From positions 82,909 through 144,248 of the forward strand of contig CAYOXM010000001.1 of assembly GCA_964407925.1 (NCBI GenBank): DNA of 61,340 nucleotides, in the 5' to 3' direction. Positions 34,301 through 41,403 of the stretch are shown piece by piece. The DNA comes from an uncultured Gammaproteobacteria bacterium (GTDB taxonomy: Bacteria > Patescibacteriota > Patescibacteriia > SG8-24). Both the position numbers and the translations under genes were made by a program. Every line of letters starts with the position of its first letter. The first letter of the stretch is position 1. The notes under the pieces are model-generated. The model did no database searches. It was given only the letters and a program-made list of their open reading frames with translations, and was not told where the DNA came from.

Positions 34301-35735
34301 AATCGTCGATGACCGGCCTTTCTTCGCATTTCTTCGTCAGGGGGTTGCAATATCCCGAAGAGCAGTCGCTGTTCGATGAGCAGCTCGAGCCGTTGCATGA
34401 CCCGCACGCGCCACCGCAGTCGACGCCCGTCTCCCCTTCCGCGTCGTCCTTAACAGCGTTGCAGCAGTGCGGGGGGGTTACGGTGAAGGTCGCCTGCGCC
34501 GTAGTGCTCGATTGGGGAACGCCGTCCTGCGCCACCGCGGAAATCGTGTGGCTTCCGGGGGTCATGGTGGCGATATCGACGCTCAGCAGCGAGCTGTCGA
34601 CGATGAACGGCTTGTCCAAATTGGCGTTGGCGATGCTGCCCGGCGACGGATTAAGCTCGGCATCGAGCAGCTTGTCCGTGCCGCCGTCGACGAGGAAGTC
34701 GACGACGCCGACGAGGAAGTCGTCGTCGGCAACGGCATGGACGGAGGCGGGATTCACGCCGCAATATGCCGGCGACGACGTGGGCGAATCCACGCTGACT
34801 GTCGGCGGTGCGACGTCACGGAGCGAGTTGAACGCGATCGCACGATCGCAGAGATCGGCCTGGGCCTGCGGCGAAGAGATGTCGCCCGGGGGGCCCGGCG
34901 GCAGGAAGGGGCAGAGCAGGGTCCTCCCGTTCACGTCGGTGATGGCGCCGCCTTTCGCGCGAACGACGTACCAGAAATCACCCTCGAAATCGGTCGGGTT
35001 GTCGCCCGGCGTCCCACTCGGCTTGAAGAGCACCTTGTTCGACTGGACGGTGAGCGTGCCCGCGACCGTCGTGGTGCAGGAGGCTGACGCGAACGGCTGC
35101 GCAGCGCCGCCGCCATCGAGACGCGCGTTGCATTTCTTCACCTCGACATTCGTCGGCGTGATGCTGACGCCGGAAACCGCGGTGTTGAACGTTATGGTGA
35201 TGCCGTAGTTCTTCGGCCAGCCGGCGGAGCTCGGACCGGGACCGAACGGCGTGATGCCGCCGATCTTGAATCCGCCGAACCCTCCTCCCCCGAAACCGCC
35301 GCTGCATACCTGACCGGGAGGACAGTTACCGCTGCCGCTGCCGCCGAGACCGTCATCGCCGGTGATCGCGCGGAAGACGAACTGCGTGATGGCGAATGCG
35401 GACATGATGATGACGAGGCCGATCGTCCCGTTGATCATCCACTTCTTCGCGGTGCTGATTTTTTCCTCGTTGCCGCCCGCGGTCATCCACAGGAATCCCG
35501 CGTACAGCATGATGCCGACGGCGATGATGCCGAGGAATCCGAGGAAGTAGCTGATGATGCGGGAAATCGTCGTCCGGATGTCGGTGGTCGTGAGGCCGAT
35601 CGCCGTGGCATAGCCGAGCCCGAGGTCGGGACCGCCCGTGCCCTGCGCCATCGCCGGCAAGGCGACGAGAACGCTCAAGAAAGCGGCAGCGGCCGCTTTC
35701 TTCATTCTGGAGAAGAGTGTGGCGAGGATGGGCAT
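25359..35735 (-). CDS. Giant (3458 aa) Cys-rich surface protein: VirB2/TrbC-like pilin N-terminus, Ig-like (SbsA/Big), IPT/TIG x3, Cys-rich CGNG/CGDG repeats, PsbP-like, pilin-head-like, metal-binding DCDD..CDGKDNDCDG motif, YfaP/DUF2135-like C-terminus
   Basis: DIRTTISRIISYFLGFLGIIAV...YAGFLWMTAGGNEEKISTAKKWMINGTIGLVII; GPGSLITIKGRF, GPVGSYVTVIGTGF; many CGxG..E.CD repeats; IKWSAGRDLDFH...LDVDD...ETMTI. Start may be ATG 35705. Confidence 0.88.
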   Translation of the reverse strand: MPILATLFSRMKKAAAAAFLSVLVALPAMAQGTGGPDLGLGYATAIGLTTTDIRTTISRIISYFLGFLGIIAVGIMLYAGFLWMTAGGNEEKISTAKKWMINGTIGLVIIMSAFAITQFVFRAITGDDGLGGSGSGNCPPGQVCSGGFGGGGFGGFKIGGITPFGPGPSSAGWPKNYGITITFNTAVSGVSITPTNVEVKKCNARLDGGGAAQPFASASCTTTVAGTLTVQSNKVLFKPSGTPGDNPTDFEGDFWYVVRAKGGAITDVNGRTLLCPFLPPGPPGDISSPQAQADLCDRAIAFNSLRDVAPPTVSVDSPTSSPAYCGVNPASVHAVADDDFLVGVVDFLVDGGTDKLLDAELNPSPGSIANANLDKPFIVDSSLLSVDIATMTPGSHTISAVAQDGVPQSSTTAQATFTVTPPHCCNAVKDDAEGETGVDCGGACGSCNGSSCSSNSDCSSGYCNPLTKKCEERPVIDDFNPKAAGPGSLITIKGRFLGDNPGSVTFLGGPDPSDDVVAAACAPGAWKNDEVVVAVPANAVTGPLKLTTAGGPSDQTDDDFGAKPGNNGTFTVNATVLPGICYVEPDQGTPGNDFLIHGSGFGDVIGSSTVALGSYAATVASGGWTAASVKAIVPPVPEKTYPVKVVVNGTDSNTVNFLVAPPSAAGLPKILEVVPDHGPVGSYVTVIGTGFGGFKGTVRFKNTGGALHCVGGTKNGTACTKDADCPQGSCSGDIGLGDDPICANNWKDNYVIVKVPSEYQGGLPLNFGALPGVSHKVQIVTAPPAKYSNDDILFRVTNEPLRPGLCAIEPDNGRPGKAVSITGEGFGSSGNAGPGSAPRYSVEFFKSNVTKCINTKAACSAAIGDQCAPASDGVCAPTTVTTGDGAYSTWSDAKIDTIVAGDFPNKSTWPASGPVYVVANNQLSSNAVPFTVGDCNDAGASCPNGTECCANGSCQGGPNFCAPPVRNSAYGWLFSTSILPSLPVVVENAICKLDPAPAVLQSPSPYKESTDACKNAEIRIQFSTELQTDLGSLSASVEVRECGNDAAPGSCDVLVSPLIFSKTDCSDGPTNESCKVITFTPPFNYNGAGPTSTFLKDGMWYQVRLVSNPGSNLGFREPGPGGRFLDGDLDRKPGGDYVYKFRVQTSGQPCALSKVFVDPPKDTIDQDEFGVGYAARPTGVNCNSLQCTPGVYSIVWYANNVYLALLPPPYSPPESECVQKVKAKIETPSTPLEATMSAIGTPITKKGESDITVKFAEPRIIEMTPVAGCTEACINAAIEAKFNVPMNENSLTAAGNIELLRCRNASCTPPFLDLGGQVWTAEVMPPDETILGTPDIKLFKHFTLKEQTGKNLLPSTFYLVRVKSDNPATPSVLEGVYSRSSVPLGGLNDGLYYSWKFRTKDDPTACLASRAEVKPSVSTLFYVGERKDLTVSPFGSPDECSKNGQLLDADDYDWQWTFDNPNHVLGGFIDGNPVTPVSPSPVATLVNTNPVPKQQCTAQCLLRGSQNVIPQCGNGVLDAQYEECDIAITPAVCSAKCLLVGTIAPTCGNKTVNAGESCDMVQRCDGGTKDEKSCTTNGDCPGGTCADTFAPGCKKPGDHVDGYADDIGCIFTGTSSAKGSVCGDGFVSDGESCDDGNTSDGDGCNKECVREGTLPSCKGATPGQACLNFCGNGKDEPGEDAYCELGPNGIADPGETPTANGCDAATCLRKGTKACGAGIAAPCCGNGIAELGEDAACETDPAASEFCSTSCLLKGSSAFYTDASFCGDNGFPPPAGKGEQALCEQPPDAKIDSYQVTVAQPQVGFDAKTAAGSTSQVRATTTGIATDDAGIAKVALSCTCKTKPENQQDAFCETYGASLACATNGCCAPRPKITAVKPPWPPDICRNAAYTVSFDQLMDAGSIAQNVLLGTDFSADPNATCPAGTVKVLADNVVAPSSAPGSFIQRVIRGTIDFFRGLFFRDISAAGPPVTNTYCSVPITVDSIESSGVTETTIAPTAALPANTWVRLLVKKDVKNVQGVSLLSATDVSKGVVTYFRTKQDICTIDHVEVIPSSILLWTTNPPDDHQGVVAHAKASSGEQIASMPPYEWDWQWTPQPASTKETASVVIVNPDIVGAKQQATADVRVRGSVKTDLPVGYVAHNGEAVVEATAHVKPKLCDGGTKAGKVCAVDGDCAGASCKDADEQVFSGTSDVTVFLCDNPWPARRLCPANGSLSGGVLPWDPSPAKSDCVANSTIWYPFYDPETRVKFYYCRDGAKQAGDALPASLPDFNEKPVIINPGKDIIKEYLFTYATKDPKWAKDAVGLRLTTNLKHVDIMDWYRSRGFGGNPVRSTSDGYEALKDGRTTYVSAGSKVSSKLFTNVAIMSYTDGASAETTNIFNQIIQNVDFNYQEELKDQLVCRRSDDVTVRCITDDDCKVNIAGVLVPGYGENKCDLESGQCKDGAGVAVPNAGMSVGCNDDLTCKKDKSGEFMLKGDGSLARGGFYCDAPKSKLVRDVLRWAQIDGYRRALVMKKQETGAYPRLDAGSYIVTMSNSTWPSWNGQLRSAAGFGGPVDPLNDHGFCKATDRDGTTCWSDAKRSYLCPSGSHVYEYQYFQDTAGPNFRLRNDFEYYANAVSWSGGTCPERSVGTCAADPECVVDSAVCTYKDGRVFIGRVNPVSPQCKGTEVGKNGVCGDGQVDPATEECEPGQAQAIKCTTAGGRAGMQTQKCTGSCKWELPASGVCEGGSCGDGVIQSPPETCDDGPLNGKYGYCGASCTGKGFFCGDGQKQPSEACDCKDLNGQYYFDAVPAWSPKNGIDGFAACGTTKAGVGTSSCTWDCTAAGPRCGDGQVSGAEVCDGGFQEAKGFCDNPAQTGCEKDIDCGVGVKCMGFCPEAQQKNRRECRPNDPTTTADNTGSNKACTWTNWKCTVPGSCGNGVKEGAEECDDGNDNNKDGCIIDPAKGIMCKLAKCGDGFVYAGAAEECDEGKNNNKVCTPAYGLTCTYCTSACKTAVKSGGYCGDNIVQSSLTNPSGPEDCDGGLGLSGEYICVSNKPEHRSYGKRTGDAVCDAKTCLRTCAAEDSQVCPQYNSDYNNWENDSCQAGAKPWCGQLTPKTLKDVCDPDDDNDGVPVPPDCDDKNYNTHGAYVQGYTDENGAPQSVSVAAAVESCDGKDNDCDGLYDEGIAVSGKIIDPQTGGGLANAKVQIICGATVVAEAGVAGDGSYSFSGDIDKTPCNGVTPMAKVVKDGGATPLCNDTSPVPLNNAYGTNCIQGTKDFADTTIKPAANQVRTTIKWSAGRDLDFHMVTSEGGDAAKTKHLYYSAGGGNMPYWKAKITDGPYSYVLDVDDTGSSSGYFNPGGIETMTIDRKPGVRYDYYVYDYTSGGSGFPDYGLSAKSWHDDCSVLYYPIGGSGVNNTPAAGKRYIAYWSVPDVSGPTYCNGNPSKYTYCVYPGAPLSPNTPAYCSSIDPGPGNACKP

Positions 35736-35744
35736 GGTCGGTAA

Positions 35745-38075
35745 TTACGGCGATACGGGCGTGCACTTTCCGAGGAACTGCCCGTCATCCTCGCCGTACT
35801 TATTGCAACAGGAATTCGGGTTCGGTCCGGCGGCGGCGGAGCAGTCCTGGAAACGGCTGGGGTAGAAGCAATTCTGCTTCGTGTCCTTCAATTTCGCGCG
35901 CAATATCGGAAGGTACGCAGGCACGTTCTCGGGAGCCGCAGCCACGTCATCTTCAGTATACCCGAGATCGTCAGCGGTGAAGAAGGGGTATGCGGGATGC
36001 AGGATCGACATGCGCGTCACGTATCCTGTGCCGGAGGGGTTCGGGACGAGCATGGAACCCGGGGCGAGGCTGTCGGAATCCTGTCCTCCGATGTAGAAAC
36101 CCGCGGGCTCGAGCCGGTTGCAGGGGCATTTCACGCCGGGCTGACACGGCGTCTCCCGATCCGTCTTCTCGCACTCATAGGAACGGAGCACGACGGTGGA
36201 GTACGGATCCTTGTAGGCACCGGGCGGCGGCAGTTCGCCGTAAGCTCCCGTACGCATGGAACCGACGCTCATGACCTTGCTCCACGTCGCCGAGATGGGC
36301 AGCGTCGTCGGTATCTTCGACGGACCCGTCGGCCATGCTTCGTTCGAGGGCGGTGGCGCGAACGCCGGCGGATCGATCGATTTCACTTGAGGAACGGTCA
36401 GGTCGACGTTTGATCCGACGTTATACACCCAGAATGAGGAGTCGCTGACCGTCGAGAGGTCCGCCGGCGGATCGTTCACATAGTACAGCTGGACCTTTCC
36501 TCCGGGCTGCGCGCCCTGCGGCTCGATTTGCGGACCTTCGGTCGTGCCGTTGCCGTTGCCGTCGAGCGAATTGCCGACCATATCCTCGACGCCGTTATCG
36601 AGCGCGGCGGCGGGCGGTTCGGGCTCCTTCGGCGGCGTGAGATCGACGGTCGCCGCTTTGGAGGTGACGGTGAGTTTCACGTTCTTCGGGAGGCAGTAGA
36701 CCGTTTCGCCGCAGGAATTCTCGGTGATGCCCTCGCAGGGGGCGGCAGGCATGAACTCCGCAGTGCGGTAGCGGTTGCCGAGCACGAGCGTGCCGTCGAC
36801 CGTGCCGCCGGGGAAGACGCAGTTCGGCGCAACGACGCCCGGAAGGCATTCGGCCTTCACCTCGATGTTGTTGAATCCCCCGCCCGTGCCGATGATGCCG
36901 CTTGCGGTCGTCGGGTCCACCGCTTCGTCGAAATAAATCTGGAGCAGCTGATTCCGGTCCAAGACGCTGTCGTCGGGAGTTCCCGGAATCGGCGTCGTGG
37001 TCGGAATGACCGCGATGATCTTCGGCGGCGTCACGTCGATCGTCGTGTTGGTCGTGAACGACCAGTAGTACCCGCCGTCGACGGACAGGGACCCCTGGAA
37101 CGCGTCCTCAATCTCGGGCGTGCCGTCGTCCTTTTCCGCCCAAACCTTGAGGCCGTTCTCTCCGCCCCGGATGGCAACGCGGTAATTGATGTCCGTCACC
37201 GGGCTGCCCAGATAAGTGAGCGGCTTGATGGTAATCGTCTGCATCTGCCCGCCCTTGTACGGCATCACGACGGCGGTCACCGCGGCCTTCGGCGCGGGCG
37301 TGATGACGGCGCCCGAATCGGGATAACGGTTGTTGAACTGCTCGTCGGCGGTTCCCGAGCCGGGCGTACCGAGCGACTCGTTGGGGATGATCTTGACGTT
37401 GTCGGTATTCAATTCGAGCGGCGTGTTCGCCGTGACCGGAGTGCCGCCGCTGCACGGCGGCTTTGACGGGCAAATCTCGTCATCGGCCTTGTCGTACGTC
37501 CCCTTGTCGTCGTAATTCTTGAGGATGCTCGAAAGCACGAGCGGCTTTTTGAACGTGATGGCGATCTTGGTGTTCCGGGGCACGTCAATCTGCCCCGGTT
37601 CCGGATAATGATACTCGATGATGCCGTTGCCGAGCGCCGTACCGCGATTGCCGGTGAAAAGCGAACCGAGCTGCGTGCCGGAACCGCTGCCGCTGCCGCC
37701 CAATCCCTCGCCAGTGAGGGCGCGGAACAGGAAAGCGACGATGGCGTACGCGGACGTGATGATGACGAGGCCGATGACCGCGTTGATCATTATCTTCTTG
37801 CCCTTCTCGACCTTCTCCGCGCTGCCCGCGGCGGTCATGATGGTGTACCCGGCGTACATCATGAGACACACCGCGATGAAGCCGAGCAGTCCGAGGAAGT
37901 ACCGGATGATGCGGCTGACGAACGTCCGGATGTCCGTCGTCGTGAGCCCCGTCGTCGTCAGGTACTGAAGGCCGGTGTCGACCGCATGCGCGGCTTTCGG
38001 CGTAAGCGCGAAAACGGCGAACAAAAGAAAGGCCGCGAGCACGATGTGCACGGCCTTTCCCCTCTTTCTGTTCAC
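35745..38075 (-). CDS. VirB2/TrbC-like pilin-domain protein with tandem Ig-like (SbsA-type) domains
   Basis: TTTDIRTFVSRIIRYFLGLLG...YAGYTIMTAAGSAEKVEKGKKIMINAVIGLVII; VPRNTKIAITF, DVTPPKII and RNQLLQIYFDEAVDP. GTG 38075 has an AGGAGG RBS. Confidence 0.87.
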   Translation of the reverse strand: MNRKRGKAVHIVLAAFLLFAVFALTPKAAHAVDTGLQYLTTTGLTTTDIRTFVSRIIRYFLGLLGFIAVCLMMYAGYTIMTAAGSAEKVEKGKKIMINAVIGLVIITSAYAIVAFLFRALTGEGLGGSGSGSGTQLGSLFTGNRGTALGNGIIEYHYPEPGQIDVPRNTKIAITFKKPLVLSSILKNYDDKGTYDKADDEICPSKPPCSGGTPVTANTPLELNTDNVKIIPNESLGTPGSGTADEQFNNRYPDSGAVITPAPKAAVTAVVMPYKGGQMQTITIKPLTYLGSPVTDINYRVAIRGGENGLKVWAEKDDGTPEIEDAFQGSLSVDGGYYWSFTTNTTIDVTPPKIIAVIPTTTPIPGTPDDSVLDRNQLLQIYFDEAVDPTTASGIIGTGGGFNNIEVKAECLPGVVAPNCVFPGGTVDGTLVLGNRYRTAEFMPAAPCEGITENSCGETVYCLPKNVKLTVTSKAATVDLTPPKEPEPPAAALDNGVEDMVGNSLDGNGNGTTEGPQIEPQGAQPGGKVQLYYVNDPPADLSTVSDSSFWVYNVGSNVDLTVPQVKSIDPPAFAPPPSNEAWPTGPSKIPTTLPISATWSKVMSVGSMRTGAYGELPPPGAYKDPYSTVVLRSYECEKTDRETPCQPGVKCPCNRLEPAGFYIGGQDSDSLAPGSMLVPNPSGTGYVTRMSILHPAYPFFTADDLGYTEDDVAAAPENVPAYLPILRAKLKDTKQNCFYPSRFQDCSAAAGPNPNSCCNKYGEDDGQFLGKCTPVSP

Positions 38076-38134
38076 GCACCCTCCTAGCATGGAAGAAGTG
38101 TTTGATGAACGAACCTCCGTTCTTCGGTTTTTAC

Positions 38135-38593
38135 TTACTGCGGCGCTGCGGAGGCGATCGCTTCCTTGAGGACTTGGCCGACTTTCGCCCCCTCGGCCCG
38201 CCCCTTGGCGTCCTTCATCACTTCCGCCATCAGCCTTCCGAAATCCTTCGCCGTGACCGTACCCGCCGCCGCGATTTTTTCTTTCACTATCGCGCGGAGG
38301 GCGTCGTCATCGAGCTGTTCCGGGAGGTAGGCGCTCATGGTCGCGATTTCCGCCTCCGCCTGGGCGACCAGGTCGGCCCTGTTGCCCGCTTTGAAGGTTT
38401 CGAGCGCATCCCTGAGCTTCTTCACTTCCCTCCCGACGAGATCGACGACTTCGTCTTCTTCGAGCGTTTTCATTTTTTCGATGTCCGCGTTCTTCAGAGC
38501 AGCGCGAAGCATCCGCAGCGTTGAAGCGGCGGACGCGTTTCGCGCCTTGAACTCCTTGGCGAAATCATTGTCGATTCGCTCACGGGTAGTCAT
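38135..38593 (-). CDS. yqeY: GatB/YqeY domain protein
   Basis: TLRMLRAALKN, EVKKLRDALETFKAGNRADL, YLPEQL and KDFGRLMAEVM...GRAEG; follows rpsU. Confidence 0.92.
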   Translation of the reverse strand: MTTRERIDNDFAKEFKARNASAASTLRMLRAALKNADIEKMKTLEEDEVVDLVGREVKKLRDALETFKAGNRADLVAQAEAEIATMSAYLPEQLDDDALRAIVKEKIAAAGTVTAKDFGRLMAEVMKDAKGRAEGAKVGQVLKEAIASAAPQ

Positions 38594-38604
38594 CGATGGT
38601 TCGC

Positions 38605-38859
38605 TTACGAGCGGGAACGGCCGCGCTTCGGACGGAAATCCTCCTCAGTCGCTTGGCCCGTCTTGATCAGGAACTCGCGCTTCGCCTTCAGATATTCGCG
38701 CCTGAGCGCGGCGTCGCGCTGGGCGTTCTTGCTCTTCGGACGAGCGAAGTAGCGAATCTTTTTGGCCTGCAGCAATTTGCCGCTGTCCTGGACCTTCCTG
38801 CTGAACCGGCGCAACAGACTCTCAAAACTTTCTCCCTTTTTTCGTTTAACTTCAGCCAC
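38605..38859 (-). CDS. rpsU: 30S ribosomal protein bS21 (divergent, C-terminally extended)
   Basis: EVKRKKGESFESLLRRFSRKVQDSG...RYFARPKS; rpsU-yqeY synteny; GAGG RBS before GTG. Confidence 0.8.
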   Translation of the reverse strand: MAEVKRKKGESFESLLRRFSRKVQDSGKLLQAKKIRYFARPKSKNAQRDAALRREYLKAKREFLIKTGQATEEDFRPKRGRSRS

Positions 38860-38922
38860 AAGGTTTCACCTCTCTTTCAACGTGCAGTGATGCACTTAGG
38901 GGTTTGAATCCCTCCTTCCCGC

Positions 38923-38951
38923 ATACTATCGGACTCGGGAAGGCGCGTCAA
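38923..38951 (-). promoter_or_regulatory. Sigma70 promoter TTGACG-17-TAGTAT for rpsU-yqeY
   Basis: 17-nt spacer, near-consensus hexamers. Confidence 0.65.
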
Positions 38952-38991
38952 ATCGAAATAAGCGTAAGTTGTGGGCAAAACCAAGTCCGAC

Positions 38992-40392
38992 TCAGGCTCG
39001 GCCCAGTTTCTTCTTCATTTCGACCGCCGCCTTGTCGTAGAGGACGATTTCCTGCATGCCGGACTCCATGTCGCGGATGAGGATGGTGCCGTCAATGACC
39101 TCTTTCTGGCCGAGGATGACGGTGTATTTTGCGCCGAGACGGTTGGCGATCTCAAGCTGTCCCTTGAGCGAACCCTTGGAGAAGTTGGCGGTCACGGGGA
39201 TGCCGGAACTGCGCAATTCTTCGAAGAGCACGAACGCCTTTCGGCGGGCGGCATCGCCAAGCTGGGCGAGGAAGATGTCCGGCCGGCGGTCGTCTTTGGG
39301 CTCAATCTGCTGAGCCTTAAGCTGGAGAATGACGCGCTCGATACCGATACCGAAGCCGCAGGCGGGGGTCGGACGACCGCCCATCTGTTCGACGAGAGTG
39401 TCGTAGCGGCCTCCCCCGCCGAGTGCGACCTGGCCCATCTCGTTCTCTTCGGCGAGCATCATCTCGAACACGGTACGGTTGTAGTAGTCGAAACCGCGGA
39501 CGAGATGCGGATTAAGGACGTAGGGAACCTGAAGATCGTCCAAATACTCAAGGACGCGCATCAGGTGATTCTTGCACTCGTCATCGAGGAAATCGACGAT
39601 ATGCGGGGCGGATTCCTTGATGGGCTGGCAGCCGGGCTCCTTGCAGTCGAGCAGTCGGAGCGGATTCTTGGCGAGGCGGCGCTTGCAGTCCTCGCAAAGC
39701 TGGGAGCGCTTGCTGCGGTAGTACGCGACGAGTTCGGCCGAGTATCCCGGTCGGCACTGGGCGCAACCGAGGCTGTTGATGTGGATGGTGGTCTTGATGC
39801 CGAGCTCCTTGTAGAACAGGTGCGCGAGCAGAATGACTTCGGAATCCTGGACCGGATTGGCATCGCCGAACACCTCCACGCCGAACTGGTGATGCTGGCG
39901 GAAACGGCCGTGCTGCGGCCGCTCGTAACGGAACATCGGTCCCCAGTAGTACATCTTCACCGGCTGGGGCTGGTTGATCATGCCGTGGTTGATGTAGGCA
40001 CGGACGAGCGGCGCGGTGCCTTCGGGACGAAGCGAGACGTTGTCATTACCCTTGTCGATGAACGAAAAAAGTTCTTTTTCAACGACATCGCTCTGTTTGC
40101 CGGCGGAGCGGACGAAAAGCGAGGTCTCTTCGAGGATGGGCGTGTCCACGCGTTCGTATCCGTAGGAGCTGGTGAGCTCCTCGGCCTTCCTATATATATA
40201 GCGCCAGTACTTCTGCTCGGACGGCAGAGTGTCGCGCATGCCGCGCAACGTCTGCGGCGTGGAAATGGTCCTTCCCGAAGGCTTCGCTGCCGCCTCAGCC
40301 GAAGGGGCCGCCGCCTGACGCGGGGCAAACATCTTCTTTTTCGCGGGCGGCTTAGCCTTGGCGGAAACCTGTTTTTTTGGCTTTGTTGACAT
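38992..40392 (-). CDS. hisS: Histidine--tRNA ligase
   Basis: LRGMRD, LRPEGTAPLVRAY, GPMFRYERPQHGRFRQHHQFGVE, LVRGFDYY and GGGRYDTL. Start ATG 40392. Confidence 0.98.
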   Translation of the reverse strand: MSTKPKKQVSAKAKPPAKKKMFAPRQAAAPSAEAAAKPSGRTISTPQTLRGMRDTLPSEQKYWRYIYRKAEELTSSYGYERVDTPILEETSLFVRSAGKQSDVVEKELFSFIDKGNDNVSLRPEGTAPLVRAYINHGMINQPQPVKMYYWGPMFRYERPQHGRFRQHHQFGVEVFGDANPVQDSEVILLAHLFYKELGIKTTIHINSLGCAQCRPGYSAELVAYYRSKRSQLCEDCKRRLAKNPLRLLDCKEPGCQPIKESAPHIVDFLDDECKNHLMRVLEYLDDLQVPYVLNPHLVRGFDYYNRTVFEMMLAEENEMGQVALGGGGRYDTLVEQMGGRPTPACGFGIGIERVILQLKAQQIEPKDDRRPDIFLAQLGDAARRKAFVLFEELRSSGIPVTANFSKGSLKGQLEIANRLGAKYTVILGQKEVIDGTILIRDMESGMQEIVLYDKAAVEMKKKLGRA

Positions 40393-40402
40393 ATATTCTT
40401 GC

Positions 40403-41032
40403 TTACTGGGACTTCTCAAGTTCGGATTGCGCCGTAAAAAGCTTCACCTTTTCCGGCGGCCATCCGCGGAACCAAACCTTACCGACGATGAACGAACGAG
40501 GAACGGCACCGAAGATTCGGGAATCGAGGCTCGCGGCACGATTGTCGCCGAGGAGGAAGTATTCGCCGGTATCAAGCCGTTCTTCCTTGTCGCCGTGAGT
40601 GTAGATGGTCCCGAGATACGCGTTTTCATCGAGCACGGTTCCTTCGGGATGCTCGTCATTGTACACCGTGACCTGTCCGCCCGACACCTTTACGCGCTCG
40701 CCGGGGAGACCGATGACCCGCTTGATGAAGTACTGACGGGGATCGTTCGGATAGCGAAAAACCACGATATCTCCGCGCTTCGGCTCGTTGAACCGATAGC
40801 TGATTTCGTCGATGATGAGGTACTCGTGGTCGTAAAAGTTGGGCTCCATCGAAGCCCCCTTCACGTAAAACGGCTGAATTAAAAAATACCGAACGGGGAT
40901 GATGATGGCGAGCGAGATGACCACGACGTGCAGGAGCTCGCCCACGAATTCCATCGCTTTCGCGAGAATCGTCGGTTTTTTCTCCTGCGCCTCGTCGGTC
41001 GAACCACCCGTTTCCGTCGGCAATTCTGGCAT
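40403..41032 (-). CDS. lepB: Signal peptidase I
   Basis: QPFYVKGASMEP, RGDIVVF, FIKRVIGLPGE and GDNRAASLDSRIFG. Confidence 0.96.
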   Translation of the reverse strand: MPELPTETGGSTDEAQEKKPTILAKAMEFVGELLHVVVISLAIIIPVRYFLIQPFYVKGASMEPNFYDHEYLIIDEISYRFNEPKRGDIVVFRYPNDPRQYFIKRVIGLPGERVKVSGGQVTVYNDEHPEGTVLDENAYLGTIYTHGDKEERLDTGEYFLLGDNRAASLDSRIFGAVPRSFIVGKVWFRGWPPEKVKLFTAQSELEKSQ

Positions 41033-41075
41033 AGTCGATGCGCGATTTTTTGCTTGAATGAAGGCGCCGACGGCC

Positions 41076-41195
41076 GCTTAGCGTGGCTAGCCACCCGAAG
41101 CTTCCCGTGCGATAGCCGCCCCCTTCGCCGCTGCTTCGGGGGGTCACCCTCCGCTCACCTCTTAAAGTTGGCTTTAAAAGGGTAGCGGAGGGTGG
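41076..41195 (-). repeat. CCA-anchored hairpin and REP-like motif downstream of tRNA-Val
   Basis: CACCCTCCGCT...AGCGGAGGGTG stem (41145-41194) begins inside the CCA; downstream GCTTCGGGTGGCTAGCC resembles the family A terminal motif. Confidence 0.55.
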
Positions 41196-41269
41196 TGGAC
41201 GATGGTGGGATCGAACCACCGACCTCTGTCGTGTGAGGACAGCGCTCTAACCAGCTGAGCTAATCGTCC
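41193..41269 (-). tRNA. tRNA-Val(CAC)
   Basis: GGACGAT/ATCGTCC + A-CCA; anticodon arm CTGTC-CTCACAC-GACAG; T-arm GGTGG-TTCGATC-CCACC. Confidence 0.96.
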
Positions 41270-41403
41270 GCGTTGCGGCGCGTGAAGTAAAGCAAAAATA
41301 GCACGTTCGGGTCAAATTGCAAAGGATGGCGGCCGACAATCCCCAGTTGGGTTGCGTTTTCCCTCATTTTGAGTATGCTTAAGGAGAATTTCATACGACG
41401 AGC

